A stretch of DNA of 64,000 bases. It comes from an uncultured bacterium. GTDB lineage: Bacteria > Chlamydiota > Chlamydiia > Chlamydiales > SM23-39. The stretch lies in assembly GCA_964351495.1 (NCBI GenBank), contig CAYGOC010000012.1, forward strand, positions 823 through 64,822, read 5' to 3'. Below, piece by piece: positions 27,135 to 37,802 of this stretch (position 1 is the stretch's first letter; the number at the start of each line of letters is the position of its first letter). The notes beneath the pieces were generated by a model, which did not search any database, was not told where the DNA came from, and saw only the letters and a program-made list of their open reading frames with translations. The position numbers and the translations under genes are program-made.

Positions 27135-27895
27135 AAGCTTTTTAAGAACCGGGATGCCTCCAAAAGCTTTTGGGTATAGGGATCTTTTGGATCAGAAAAA
27201 AGCGTTTCTTTATCAGAGAGCTCTATTTGTTTTCCTCCTTTTAAAACAAGCACGGTATCTGCTAGATGATATGCTTCTGTAAGCTGGTGGGTAATATAAA
27301 CATAAGAGAGGTTTTCTTCTTTTTTTAGTTTTAGCAAAAGAGAAAGAATTTGGGTTTGTATAGAAACATCTAAAGCAGAAAGGGCTTCATCACAGATGAT
27401 ACATTTGGGATTTAAAGCAAGTGCTCTAGCTATAGCGATTCTTTGTTTTTGCCCTCCACTAAACTCATGGGGGTATCTTTTTTTGCAAGAGGAAGGAAGA
27501 AATACTTTTTCTAAAAGGGCATCAATATCTTGAGATAAAACGGGTTTTTTATGGATTAGAAAAGGCTCTTTTAAAAGCTCTTCTACTGTTTTTTTAGGGC
27601 TTAAAGAAGAGGAGGGGTTTTGAAAAACAACCTGTATTTTCTTCCTTAAAGCAGCGCGTTCTGAAAAAGAAAGATCTCGTAGATCTTTCCCTTCAAACAG
27701 GATATTTCCGGAGTTAGGCTCTATAAATCCTAAGATAAGATTTCCTAAAGTAGTTTTTCCCGAACCCGACTCTCCTACTATGGCCAAAGACTCTCCCTCT
27801 TGTATAGAAAAAGAGATTTTCCCTAAAGAAAAGGGCTCCTTTTTTTTAAGAGGAAATGTGTGAATAAGATTGTGTACTTGAAGAAAGGGCTTCAT
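27131..27895 (-). CDS. oppF: Oligopeptide ABC transporter ATP-binding subunit
   Basis: GESGSGKTT, FSGGQKQR, CDEALSALD; start at ATG 27895. Confidence 0.88.
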   Translation of the reverse strand: MKPFLQVHNLIHTFPLKKKEPFSLGKISFSIQEGESLAIVGESGSGKTTLGNLILGFIEPNSGNILFEGKDLRDLSFSERAALRKKIQVVFQNPSSSLSPKKTVEELLKEPFLIHKKPVLSQDIDALLEKVFLPSSCKKRYPHEFSGGQKQRIAIARALALNPKCIICDEALSALDVSIQTQILSLLLKLKKEENLSYVYITHQLTEAYHLADTVLVLKGGKQIELSDKETLFSDPKDPYTQKLLEASRFLKSF

Positions 27896-28853
27896 GAGGG
27901 CTGTCCGGGTGATATTTAAAGCAGGCAACTTTAGCTTCTCCTTTAGCAAAAAAGGGAGGAGGTGCTTCTTTGCAAATCTGCATAGCAAAAGGGCATTTTT
28001 GTATAAAAGGGCACCCTTTAAGAGGGTGTTTTCTTTGAAAAAAGGATTTTTCAATAGAAGGAAAAAGGGGTTTTTCAAAAGAGAGGCTAGCGTTAAAAAG
28101 AGCTTTTGTATAGGGGTGAAGAGGCTCTTTTAAAATAGAAGAAGTCTTTTGTTTTTCTACGATTTTCCCTCCATACATAACAAAAAACCTGCTGCAAATT
28201 TTGGATAAAAATCCCACATCGTGAGAGATCAAAATAAGGGTGGTTGAAAACTCTCGGTGGATTTTATGAAAAAGAGAAAGAAGCTGTTTTTGTAAAAGAA
28301 CGTCTAAAGAAGAGGAGGGTTCATCTGCAATTAATAAAAGGGGATTAGTAGAAAGAGCCATAGCTAAAAGAACCCTTTGTCTAAGCCCTCCACTTAACTC
28401 ATGAGGATAGAGCTCCATTTTTTCTAAAGGAACTTCCATCTCTTTTAGTAAAAAATGGATTTTTTCCAGAGCCTCTTTTTTGGGTAAAATAGCATGATAC
28501 AGCAAAGCCTCTACAAGTTGTTTTTTTATTTTTTTTCTTGGGTTTAAAGATAAAAAAGGGTCTTGAGGAACCCATCCTATTTTTTTATACACCTTTTTTC
28601 GAAAATCTTGGTCCGATAAAGAGGAGATTTCTTCTTGATCAAAGAAACACCTTTTTTGAAAAAATTCCGCTTTTTCAGGCATAAGGCGAAACAAACTTTG
28701 AAATAAAGAGCTTTTCCCGGAGCCGGACTCTCCCACTACTCCGATTATTTCTCCGGGGAAAATAGAGAAACTTACCCTTTGCACAGCATCGGTCTTCTCT
28801 TTTTTACAGACGTATGTAACCGATGCATCTTCTACCTGTAAAAGAGGGGTCAT
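27846..28853 (-). CDS. oppD: Oligopeptide ABC transporter ATP-binding subunit
   Basis: GESGSGKS, LSGGLRQR, ADEP, HPYT, C-terminal CPF..CP..C..VAC. Confidence 0.9.
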   Translation of the reverse strand: MTPLLQVEDASVTYVCKKEKTDAVQRVSFSIFPGEIIGVVGESGSGKSSLFQSLFRLMPEKAEFFQKRCFFDQEEISSLSDQDFRKKVYKKIGWVPQDPFLSLNPRKKIKKQLVEALLYHAILPKKEALEKIHFLLKEMEVPLEKMELYPHELSGGLRQRVLLAMALSTNPLLLIADEPSSSLDVLLQKQLLSLFHKIHREFSTTLILISHDVGFLSKICSRFFVMYGGKIVEKQKTSSILKEPLHPYTKALFNASLSFEKPLFPSIEKSFFQRKHPLKGCPFIQKCPFAMQICKEAPPPFFAKGEAKVACFKYHPDSPHEALSSSTQSYSHISS

Positions 28854-29746
28854 AAAGCCTCCTTAGGATCTAAAAAGTCTCTTAAATAACTTCCTAAAAG
28901 ATTGATAGAAAGCATAAGGAGGGAAATAATAAGAGAGGGAAAAAAAACCCTCCAAGGAAAAAAAGAAAAGGTTCCTATTCCCTCGCCTATCATTCCTCCT
29001 AAACTAGGCGTAGGAGGGGAGATCCCTAAAGATAAAAAGCTTAAAAAAGCTTCTAAAAATATAGCATTTGGAACCGTGAAGGTAAGTGTTGCTAAAATAG
29101 TTCCCCAAAGATTGGGAATGATATGGGAAAATAAGATCCTTTTTTTAGAAGCTCCTAAAGCAATAGAGGCCAACACAAACTCTTTGTACTTGATGGTAAG
29201 GGCTTGTCCTCTTACAGCTCTTGTCATATTGACCCACCCAGAAAAACAAATTGTGAGGAAAACCGCCAAAATCCCTTTCCCTAAAGATACAATAAGTAAA
29301 AGAGCGACTAAAATATTGGGAATGGCATGCAAAATGTCACAAAAACGCATAATGCCCTCATCCCATTTAGCTTTACTGTATCCAGAAAATGCTCCCAGTA
29401 AAACTCCCACTAAAAGGTCCATACAAGCGGCAAAAACACCTATGCTCAAAGAGATCCTAGTTCCATAGAAAACCCGGGTGAAGATATCTCTTCCTAAGTC
29501 ATCGGTCCCCATCCAAAACAAAAAAGAGGGAGCCTCATTAATGTGATTTAAATCTATTTGGTCATAAGTATAAGAAGATATAAGGGGAATCAAAAAAGAA
29601 AAAACTCCTAAAAGGAGCAAAAAAAGAAAAGCAGATCCATACAGGGGTTTTTTTCTTAAAAGAAGAAAAAATCCGGGAGAAGTATTGAGCGTTTCCTTGG
29701 TAAGAGGCTCTTTGTAAAAAAGGGGAGTAAAATTGGAAGGTTTCAC
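28850..29746 (-). CDS. oppC: Oligopeptide ABC transporter permease
   Basis: GTDDLGRDIF, EFVLASIALGAS, HIIPN. Confidence 0.9.
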   Translation of the reverse strand: MKPSNFTPLFYKEPLTKETLNTSPGFFLLLRKKPLYGSAFLFLLLLGVFSFLIPLISSYTYDQIDLNHINEAPSFLFWMGTDDLGRDIFTRVFYGTRISLSIGVFAACMDLLVGVLLGAFSGYSKAKWDEGIMRFCDILHAIPNILVALLLIVSLGKGILAVFLTICFSGWVNMTRAVRGQALTIKYKEFVLASIALGASKKRILFSHIIPNLWGTILATLTFTVPNAIFLEAFLSFLSLGISPPTPSLGGMIGEGIGTFSFFPWRVFFPSLIISLLMLSINLLGSYLRDFLDPKEAL

Positions 29747-30669
29747 GACCTCTCCTGATAGCTGCTTCTTGGATCTAAATAGGTTCTTATAAGGTCTGCT
29801 AAAAATATGGTGGAAAATAAAAACCCACTAAAAAAAAGGATAAGTCCCAAGGTAGTGGTATAGTCTCTTTGTAAGATGCTGGAAACGGTCCACTGTCCCA
29901 GACCCGGAATCGCAAAAATTTTTTCTATAATAAAACTTCCTGTTAAAAGGTAGGCGGCTAAAGGCCCCAAAAAACTAAGCACAGGAATTATAGCAGAAGG
30001 AAGTGCATGCTTACACAAAATAGAAAAAAAAGAGAGTCCTTTAGACTTGGCTAAAAGGATATAATCTTGCTTTAAAACTTCTAAAAGAGAGGAGCTGACA
30101 AGCCTTGCAATATAGGCCATAGGCATAAAAGAAAGAGCTAAAGAGGGTAGAAAAGAAGAAAGAGGTTTTCCCCAAGTGGCAACAGGAAAAAGGGGCCATT
30201 TAATGGCAAAGAAATATTGCAAAAAGGTAGCTACTACAAAGTTAGGTAGAGAAAGCCCCAATGTTATGATGAAAAAGACAAAAAAGCCCCGCTTTTTTTT
30301 CTTGTAAAGAGCAGACAAAACCCCTAAAGAACTCCCAAAAAAAATAGACAGAAAAAAAGCCTGCACTCCAAGACGAGCACTTACGAAAAACCCCTCGAAA
30401 ATGATCTCTTGTACTTTTCTATTGGAATAGATCAAAGAGTGCCCAAGATCAAAAGAAAGACACCCCTTTAAGTAGCGAAAATACTGCTTCCATAAGGGTT
30501 GATCAAGGCCAAAGTGAGAGTATAAATTTTGGAGCGTTTCCTCTGACATAACCTGATCCCCGGAAAAGGGATTTCCAGGCAGCATTTTCATCAAAAAAAA
30601 AGTAGATGTGGCAATCAAAAATAAACAAAGAACAAAGATAGTTGTTTTTTTGATAAAAGTAAAAATCAT
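29743..30669 (-). CDS. oppB: Oligopeptide ABC transporter permease
   Basis: PGNP, GLDQP..QY, DYILLAKSKGL, IEKIFAIPGLG. Confidence 0.9.
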   Translation of the reverse strand: MIFTFIKKTTIFVLCLFLIATSTFFLMKMLPGNPFSGDQVMSEETLQNLYSHFGLDQPLWKQYFRYLKGCLSFDLGHSLIYSNRKVQEIIFEGFFVSARLGVQAFFLSIFFGSSLGVLSALYKKKKRGFFVFFIITLGLSLPNFVVATFLQYFFAIKWPLFPVATWGKPLSSFLPSLALSFMPMAYIARLVSSSLLEVLKQDYILLAKSKGLSFFSILCKHALPSAIIPVLSFLGPLAAYLLTGSFIIEKIFAIPGLGQWTVSSILQRDYTTTLGLILFFSGFLFSTIFLADLIRTYLDPRSSYQERS

Positions 30670-30781
30670 AAAGGCCGCTCTTTATTAAGAATTTTTAAAG
30701 AAAAGAGCCTTTTTTTCAAAGATAAAGATAGCCTTTTTTTTCGATTCTTGTTAGTCTGCTTACTTTTTGAGTAAGGAAGTT

Positions 30782-32170
30782 ATGAAAGGAAAAGAAGTCT
30801 TATATTCTGAAAATAAAGTCCATTTTACCAGTCTGGGCTGCGCTAGAAATTTAGTAGATAGTGAAGTTATGATAGCGCTTCTTTTAAAGTCCGGCTACGA
30901 GCTTACCCCTGTTTTAGAAGAGGCAGACTTTTTGGTAGTCAATACTTGTGGTTTCTTAGAGTCAGCAAGACAAGAAGCTCTAGCTGTTTTTGAGGAGTTA
31001 TTTTCTTATAAAAAAGAAAAGGCAAAGGTAATCGCTGTAGGGTGTATGGTGCAAAAATGTCCTGAGGTGCTCACTACAAAATTCCCTAAAATCCATGCTC
31101 TTTTGGGGTCTGGAGATATGGAAAAAATCGTAGAAGTGATTCAAAAGGATTCTTTTTCGAAAGAGGTCTCTGAAAAAAGAAGTTATCTTCAATGGGGAGA
31201 GGTGCCCCGGTTTGTATCTACCCCCAAACACTACGCGTATTTAAAGATTGCAGAGGGGTGTAAGAAGAAGTGTTCTTACTGTATTATCCCTCATATCAAG
31301 GGGAAGTTAAAAAGCAAGCCGGTAGAGCAGGTGATAAAAGAATTCCGCCTTCTTATATCTCAAGGGGTTTCTGAAGTGATCCTAATTGCCCAAGATCTTG
31401 GGGACTATGGGAAAGACTTACCCGAAAAAAAGAGCTTTTCCTTTCTTTTAAAAGCGCTTTTACAGGAAAAAGGGGATTTTTGGATTCGCCTTTTATATTT
31501 GTATCCCGATGAAATTGATGATGAGCTTATTTCTATCATAGCCTCAGACTCTAGGGTGTGTAGATATGTAGATATGCCTATTCAGCATATAAACGGAGAT
31601 CTTTTAAAAAAGATGCATCGGAAAACCTCCCCGGAAGAGATTTTTAGTGTTATAGAAAAGGTAAGAAAAAGAATTCCTGATATGGCTATTCGAACTAGTT
31701 TAATGGTAGGTTTTCCGGGGGAAACAGAAAAGCAGTTTGAAGAGCTTCTCTCTTTTGTAGAGGCGGTCCGGCTCTCTCAAGTAGGCGTGTTTTCTTACTC
31801 AAAAGAAAAAGAGTCTTTTTCCGCTTCTTTACCCGGACATATTCCGGAAACGGTAAAAGAGGAAAGAAAATCTTTATTAATGGACCTTCTTTTAAAAATA
31901 GCTAGAGAGGAGAATCAGAAAAAAATAGGGAAAAGATACCCTGTTGTTATAGACGGTCCTCACCCCGACTCTTCTTATCTTCTACAAGGAAGAACGGAAT
32001 TTCAATGTCCGGAAGTAGACGGAATCGTCATTTTAAATGACTTTGATGTGGCTCCTGAGGCTTGTAAAAAGTATTTGGTAGAAATCACAGACTACGCAGA
32101 CTACGATCTAATAGGGAAAGTCCTAGCTCCTATTTTGGTAAAAAAGAAAAATCCTTTAGCGCTTGTTTAA
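30782..32170 (+). CDS. rimO: Ribosomal protein S12 methylthiotransferase
   Basis: SLGCARNLVDSE, NTCGF, radical SAM CxxxCxxC (EGCKKKCSYC), TRAM domain with PEVDG. Confidence 0.95.
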   Translation: MKGKEVLYSENKVHFTSLGCARNLVDSEVMIALLLKSGYELTPVLEEADFLVVNTCGFLESARQEALAVFEELFSYKKEKAKVIAVGCMVQKCPEVLTTKFPKIHALLGSGDMEKIVEVIQKDSFSKEVSEKRSYLQWGEVPRFVSTPKHYAYLKIAEGCKKKCSYCIIPHIKGKLKSKPVEQVIKEFRLLISQGVSEVILIAQDLGDYGKDLPEKKSFSFLLKALLQEKGDFWIRLLYLYPDEIDDELISIIASDSRVCRYVDMPIQHINGDLLKKMHRKTSPEEIFSVIEKVRKRIPDMAIRTSLMVGFPGETEKQFEELLSFVEAVRLSQVGVFSYSKEKESFSASLPGHIPETVKEERKSLLMDLLLKIAREENQKKIGKRYPVVIDGPHPDSSYLLQGRTEFQCPEVDGIVILNDFDVAPEACKKYLVEITDYADYDLIGKVLAPILVKKKNPLALV

Positions 32171-32310
32171 ATGGAACTCTTTCATTCTTAAAGACTCTCT
32201 TTTTTTTTCAAAAAAAAGACTTTTTTTATCTTTTCAAAAAAGGGAAGATTTCTAAAAATGGCCGAATAGCCTTTGATTACTTTTAGAGCTAGAAATAAGG
32301 AATAAACCCT

Positions 32311-32622
32311 TTGTATATGCAGCAAGAAGAAGCCCCAGTTTTTTATTTGAACTATCTAAACTATGAGCAACTTCCTCCTCAAAATGGAGATCCTCACGAA
32401 AGGCTAAACTGTTTTTATTTAGCTATTATGGAAGCGATTTTTGCGGGGCAATATTCGGTTGCTTATGAAATCTACCAAGATCTTCTTGCTAAAAAAGCAT
32501 TTTTTCCTTCTTCTGATTCTTATCCTTTTAGGGAAGAGATGGGAGACTTGCAGTTAGAAATAGTAGAGGCTTTACTAGGCTGCGGGCTTAAAGCTTCCAT
32601 GAATGATTTTACTTTTTATTAA
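32311..32622 (+). CDS. Hypothetical protein
   Basis: 103-aa ORF with upstream AAGGA. Confidence 0.55.
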   Translation: MYMQQEEAPVFYLNYLNYEQLPPQNGDPHERLNCFYLAIMEAIFAGQYSVAYEIYQDLLAKKAFFPSSDSYPFREEMGDLQLEIVEALLGCGLKASMNDFTFY

Positions 32623-32718
32623 AAATTCACTCTCTTTTTACATCAAAACTAGAAAAGCTCTTGAATACAAATAAAAAATTTTGTTCACTCAGGACAGATT
32701 CAAAATCAGAGAGAGTGT

Positions 32719-34044
32719 ATGCATTCTACCAAAAAAATCCCTTCCGTGTTGTTGTTTTCTGTATTAGTGGTGTCTTTAGGGGGACTCCTTTTTGGCTTTA
32801 ATACAAGCGTTATATCAGGGGCTTTGCTGTTTATTACCAAACAGTTTTCTTTTTCCACCTTCGATCAAGAACTTATAGTAAGCACCCTTTTAGTAGGGGC
32901 TTTGATAGGGGCTTTGATAGGGGGGTCTATGGCAGATAAGTTTGGAAGAAAGCTGACCCTGTTTTTTACAGTCCTTTTATTTGCTATAGGAGCCTTTTTT
33001 TTAGTGGTAGCAGATATGCTTTCCTCTTTTTTAATAGGAAGGTTTGTTTTGGGGCTTTCTATCGGTATTGTTTCTGTATGCGTTCCTTTATATATAGCCG
33101 AAATCTCTCCTCCCAGGATTAGAGGGGCTTTGGTTTCTTGTAATCAGTTGGCTATCACCATTGGGATTTTAGTAGCCTATCTAGTAGATTACGGCTTTTC
33201 TTCTGACTCTCAGTGGAGATGGATGTTTGCTTTTGCATTTATTCCGACAGCGCTTTTATTTTTGGGGCTTTTTTTTATAAAAGAGACTCCTGGTTGGCTC
33301 TTAGAGCAGGATAAAGAAAAAGAGGCTAAGAAGGTAGCCAAAGAGCTTCATATGGACTTAGGTGTTATTCTGGAGAGAAAAGCTTCTGAGCCGGTAAAGA
33401 AAAAAGGAATTTTTCACCCTTCAGTCAGAATTCCTTTTATCATAGGTATTGGGATTGCTGTATTTCAGCAAATCACAGGAATTAATGTTGTGATTTACTA
33501 TGCTCCTAGAATTTTTCAAGCCGCAGGACTTGAAAGTAGCCAGACCGCTATTTTAGCTACGGTGGGCGTAGGTGTGGTAAACGTTATTATGACCATTATC
33601 GCTTTATGGATTATTGATAGAGTAGGAAGAAGGCCTCTTTTGACGGTAGGGTTAATTGGGATGTTTTTTTCTCTTCTTATTTTAGGGTTTTCTTTTTACG
33701 AAGAGGCTAAAGACTTAGGAATGGCGGCGGTTATTAGCATGGTTGCCTATGTTGCATTTTTTGCTATTAGTTTGGGCCCTGTAGCCTGGCTTATCATTTC
33801 TGAGGTCTATCCTATGAGCATAAGAGGGAAAGCTATGGGAATCGCCGTTTTTGCAAACTGGCTTTCCAACTATGTGGTTTCTTTAACTTTTTTAACACTT
33901 TTAGAAGAGCTTACTACCGCGGGAACTTTTTTGCTGTACGCCACTATTTGTCTTGTAGCTCTTTGGTTTGTAAAAAAATGGGTTCCTGAAACCAAGAATA
34001 AAACCTTTGAAGAGATCCAGCATTTTTGGACAAAAAGGTCTTGA
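32719..34044 (+). CDS. MFS sugar porter
   Basis: DKFGRK, YIAEISP..RG, QQITGINVVIYY, DRVGRR, PETK. Confidence 0.95.
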   Translation: MHSTKKIPSVLLFSVLVVSLGGLLFGFNTSVISGALLFITKQFSFSTFDQELIVSTLLVGALIGALIGGSMADKFGRKLTLFFTVLLFAIGAFFLVVADMLSSFLIGRFVLGLSIGIVSVCVPLYIAEISPPRIRGALVSCNQLAITIGILVAYLVDYGFSSDSQWRWMFAFAFIPTALLFLGLFFIKETPGWLLEQDKEKEAKKVAKELHMDLGVILERKASEPVKKKGIFHPSVRIPFIIGIGIAVFQQITGINVVIYYAPRIFQAAGLESSQTAILATVGVGVVNVIMTIIALWIIDRVGRRPLLTVGLIGMFFSLLILGFSFYEEAKDLGMAAVISMVAYVAFFAISLGPVAWLIISEVYPMSIRGKAMGIAVFANWLSNYVVSLTFLTLLEELTTAGTFLLYATICLVALWFVKKWVPETKNKTFEEIQHFWTKRS

Positions 34045-34092
34045 GGTGCAAATGCTTTTTACGTATGTTCTCTTGTAATTTTAGGAGAGAAT

Positions 34093-35139
34093 ATGGAGCT
34101 TTCAGAAATACTATCTTTACTCGGAAAAGAAGGGGAAGATCTCCTTCAATTTACCTCACAATTTCCGAAAAAACACTTGGCTACCCCCGGTGAAGATTGG
34201 GTAGATAGAATCTTTCTTCCCTCTGACAGAAATATCCGTGTCTTATCTTCTTTGCAAAGACTCTTTTCTACAGGAAGGCTTGCCAATACGGGATATGTTT
34301 CTATTTTACCTGTGGACCAAGGGGTAGAGCATACGGCAGGAGCTTCTTTTTCTATAAATCCGGACTACTTCGATCCGGAAAATTTAGCTCTTCTTGCTAT
34401 AGAAGGAGGATGTAACGCTCTAGCCACAACTTCTGGAGTATTAGGCCTTATAGCGCGTAAATATGCTCATAAGATCCCTTTAATTTTAAAAATAAATCAT
34501 AATGAGCTTCTCTCTTACCCTAATAGCTATGACCAAACTCTTTTTGCTTCTGTTCATAAGGCATATGAGCAAGGTTGCGTGGGAGTGGGAGCTACTATCT
34601 ATTTTGGTTCCTTAGAAAGTAGAAGACAGATTGTAGAGGTATCAAAAGCATTTGAAAAAGCCCATGACCTTGGAATGTTTACTGTTTTATGGTGCTATTT
34701 AAGAAATGATGCCTTTAAAAAAGAACAAGACTTTCATGAAGCCTCTGATCTTACGGGACAAGCAAATCACCTAGGAGCTACTCTTGGAGCAGACATTGTA
34801 AAACAAAAACTTCCCCTAGTAAACGGAGGCTTTAAAGCTTTGAAATTTGGTAAGTCTTCCAAAGAAATGTATGCTCTTACTTCAAATCACCCTATAGATC
34901 TTTGTAGGTATCAAGTAATCAACGGCTATATGGGGAAAATAGGGCTTATCAACTCAGGAGGACCTTCTGGAGAAGAAGACTTACTGCAGGCGGTAAAAAC
35001 GGCTATTATTAATAAAAGGGCCGGGGGTATAGGGCTTATTTCAGGAAGAAAAGCCTTTCAAAAAAAGCTTAAAGAAGGGGTTTCTCTTCTACACGCTATT
35101 CAGGATGTTTATAAAAATAAAAAGATAACCTTGGCCTAA
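34093..35139 (+). CDS. fbaB: Class I fructose-bisphosphate aldolase (DhnA type)
   Basis: [35 protein letters not shown]. Confidence 0.95.
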   Translation: MELSEILSLLGKEGEDLLQFTSQFPKKHLATPGEDWVDRIFLPSDRNIRVLSSLQRLFSTGRLANTGYVSILPVDQGVEHTAGASFSINPDYFDPENLALLAIEGGCNALATTSGVLGLIARKYAHKIPLILKINHNELLSYPNSYDQTLFASVHKAYEQGCVGVGATIYFGSLESRRQIVEVSKAFEKAHDLGMFTVLWCYLRNDAFKKEQDFHEASDLTGQANHLGATLGADIVKQKLPLVNGGFKALKFGKSSKEMYALTSNHPIDLCRYQVINGYMGKIGLINSGGPSGEEDLLQAVKTAIINKRAGGIGLISGRKAFQKKLKEGVSLLHAIQDVYKNKKITLA

Positions 35140-35144
35140 GCTAT

Positions 35145-36977
35145 TTATTCTACCGTGACTGACTTTGCCAAATTTTTAGGTTGATCTATTTCTGTTCCTT
35201 TTTCTTTGGCAATATAATAGGCAAAAAGTTGTCCTGCAACAGAAGAGGGGAGAGTTGCTAGCTCATCGATTGTTTGAGGAAGATAAAAAATGTCATCTGC
35301 AATATTTTTGATTTCTTCTATTCCATAAGGAACAAAAGCCAAAATAGGAGCGCTTCTTGCTTTGGCTTCCATTAAATTAGAGGACATCTTTTCATAGGTT
35401 TGTAAGTTGGCGCAAAAGGCAATAATCGGAAGGTTTTCATCAAGTAAAGCTATAGGTCCATGCTTTAATTCTCCGGCAGGATAGCCGTTTGCGTTGACGT
35501 AGGAAATCTCTTTTAGTTTTAAAGCAGCCTCTAAACAAGTTGCATACATATACCTTCTTCCCAAAAAGAAAAAGTCTTGATATTTGCTATACTTTTTAGC
35601 AAGCGCTTCTATTTCTGAAGCTCTATCTAACACCTGTTTGATTTTTTGGGGAATTTTCTTTAGATGATGCCAGCAGGAAAGGGCCTCTTCTCTACTCAGA
35701 TGGCGAAGCCTGGCCATCATAATGGAAAAAAGATAGAGAACCACTATTTGTGAGGTGAAAGCTTTGGTAGAACACACGCCAATTTCAGGGCCTGCTTTTA
35801 AAAAAATACAGCTATCAGACTCTCTGGTTAAGGTAGAGTTTTTTACATTACAAATACCTAAGATTTTGGCCCCTTTTGCTTTTGCCTCCCTTACAGCTGC
35901 AATGGTATCGGCCGTCTCTCCCGATTGACTAATTGCAATGACCAAGGTTTCTTTGGAAATGATAGGGTTTTTGTAGCGCAGTTCTGAAGCAATCTCTGCA
36001 TAGGTAGGAATGCGAGCTTTTTCTTCCAATAAAGAAGCTCCAATAGAGCCTGCATGCCAAGAAGTACCGCAAGCAACAATTAAAATATGGCTTGTAGCTG
36101 AAAGTTCTTTTGCGGTGAAAAGAAAGTTTTCAAATTCAGCATTACCAAAGTCTTCAGAAAACCTTCCTAAAAAAGCCCTTTGAATGGTTAAAGGCTGCTC
36201 ATAGATCTCTTTTAGCATGAAATGCTCAAACCCCTCTTTAGAGGGAGGTTCATATTCCGATTCGAGCCTTTCTGATTTTTTAAAGATCCTATGTAGGTTT
36301 TTATCAAAAACCGTAATTTCTTTCTTTCTTACCCTTGCTACTTCGTCATTTTTTAGAAAAAAAACATGGAGCGATTTTCCCAAAAAAGAGTTGGGGTCAG
36401 AAGAGATCCAACTTTCTGTTTTTTCTGTATCATATCCGATAGCTAAAGGACTTTCCCTAGTAGCTGCTACAATTTCTTCCGGGCGATCTTTGTGAATTAC
36501 GGCAATAGCTAAAGAGCCCTTCATAACTTTTAGGCTTTTATGAACGGCTTTATACAAATCTCCCTTATAGTGATAAGAGATAAGCTGAGCGATCACCTCC
36601 GTATCGGTTTCAGAGCGAAAGGGGATTCCTTTTGCTTTTAACATCTCTTTTAAGCTTTCGTAGTTTTCGATAATTCCGTTATGAACTAAAGCCAAAGAGA
36701 GACACTCATCAAAGTGAGGATGAGCGTTTTCATAGGAGGGCTTTCCGTGAGTAGCCCATCTGGTATGGCCGATGGCTGCCTCTAAAGAAAAGTTTTTTTC
36801 GATAATTTTGTCTTCTAAAAGGCTAATTTTACTCGAGTCTTTTACAAAGACAAGCTTTCCTTTTTGGATTCCTGCAATTCCGGCAGAATCATAGCCACGG
36901 TATTCCAGTTGTTTGAGTCCTTTAAGACAGATTTGTAAAGGATTTTTATTTCCTGTATATCCGAAAATACCACACAT
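35145..36977 (-). CDS. glmS: Glutamine--fructose-6-phosphate aminotransferase
   Basis: MCGIFG, EYRGYDSAG, HTRWATHG, SQSGETADT, LAKSVTVE. Confidence 0.98.
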   Translation of the reverse strand: MCGIFGYTGNKNPLQICLKGLKQLEYRGYDSAGIAGIQKGKLVFVKDSSKISLLEDKIIEKNFSLEAAIGHTRWATHGKPSYENAHPHFDECLSLALVHNGIIENYESLKEMLKAKGIPFRSETDTEVIAQLISYHYKGDLYKAVHKSLKVMKGSLAIAVIHKDRPEEIVAATRESPLAIGYDTEKTESWISSDPNSFLGKSLHVFFLKNDEVARVRKKEITVFDKNLHRIFKKSERLESEYEPPSKEGFEHFMLKEIYEQPLTIQRAFLGRFSEDFGNAEFENFLFTAKELSATSHILIVACGTSWHAGSIGASLLEEKARIPTYAEIASELRYKNPIISKETLVIAISQSGETADTIAAVREAKAKGAKILGICNVKNSTLTRESDSCIFLKAGPEIGVCSTKAFTSQIVVLYLFSIMMARLRHLSREEALSCWHHLKKIPQKIKQVLDRASEIEALAKKYSKYQDFFFLGRRYMYATCLEAALKLKEISYVNANGYPAGELKHGPIALLDENLPIIAFCANLQTYEKMSSNLMEAKARSAPILAFVPYGIEEIKNIADDIFYLPQTIDELATLPSSVAGQLFAYYIAKEKGTEIDQPKNLAKSVTVE

Positions 36978-36994
36978 AGTTTTTGCCTTTGTTT

Positions 36995-37744
36995 TTAAAG
37001 CCGGATAGCAGATACAGCTAGAAAAAGAGGAAACTCTTTTCTTGCTCTATTTTCTACTTTTCCTTTTTTTCCTACGCTTTCTTTATGAGAACATAACTCT
37101 TTCATATCTTCTATAAAAAAGCCGCTTTGTTTTAAAGCTTGCATAAAGTCTTGAAGGCTAAAATGAAAAGAAATGCTTTGTTTAGAAGGGTCTTTTCCGG
37201 GTTCCATCTGTATGGGCACTTCTAAAAAAGAGAGATAGGAGTCAATTCTTCTGTATTGTAGTTTCTTTCTTTCGTCATACCCCCAAGAAGACTGCCTGGG
37301 GATTCGAAAGCAAGGATGGTTTAATACAAATACGATTTTTCCTGCTTTTTCTATGAAAGGGGCTACCTTTTCTAGGATCTGAAGGGGAGAGGCCATATTT
37401 TGCAAAGAAAGTAAAAAGCAAGCGTGAGAAAACTTTCTATCCAAAGAGATCTTCTTTGAGAGATCTTGAACTAGAAAAGTATGTGTTTTTTCTCGGCTGA
37501 GGTTTATTGCTTGTTTGATCAAAGAGGGAGAAGCATCTAATCCTACATAGCTAGCTATTTTAGGAATGTGCCTTGATAAGATTCCCTGTCCACAGCCTAA
37601 ATCTAAAAGAGAAGACTCTTTATCTAAAGCAAGCATGGATAAAAGAGGGGGTAAAATCACCTTTTGGTGATATTCATGTCCTTTTTGTCCTACTTTTTTA
37701 TGGTAAGAAAAAGCGCTATTTTCCCATGAGGTATCTTTTTTCAT
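36995..37744 (-). CDS. Class I SAM-dependent methyltransferase
   Basis: LDLGCGQG motif I; NHPCFRIPRQSSW; start at ATG 37744. Confidence 0.88.
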   Translation of the reverse strand: MKKDTSWENSAFSYHKKVGQKGHEYHQKVILPPLLSMLALDKESSLLDLGCGQGILSRHIPKIASYVGLDASPSLIKQAINLSREKTHTFLVQDLSKKISLDRKFSHACFLLSLQNMASPLQILEKVAPFIEKAGKIVFVLNHPCFRIPRQSSWGYDERKKLQYRRIDSYLSFLEVPIQMEPGKDPSKQSISFHFSLQDFMQALKQSGFFIEDMKELCSHKESVGKKGKVENRARKEFPLFLAVSAIRL

Positions 37745-37802
37745 AGTTTTCTCAGAAAAGTTTCTATAGAAAAGAATGCGCAAATTTGCTTTTTTTAAAA
37801 AG

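Noticed and set aside
36978-36994. glmS ribozyme upstream of glmS
   Set aside because: Only 17 nt separate glmS from the upstream methyltransferase stop.
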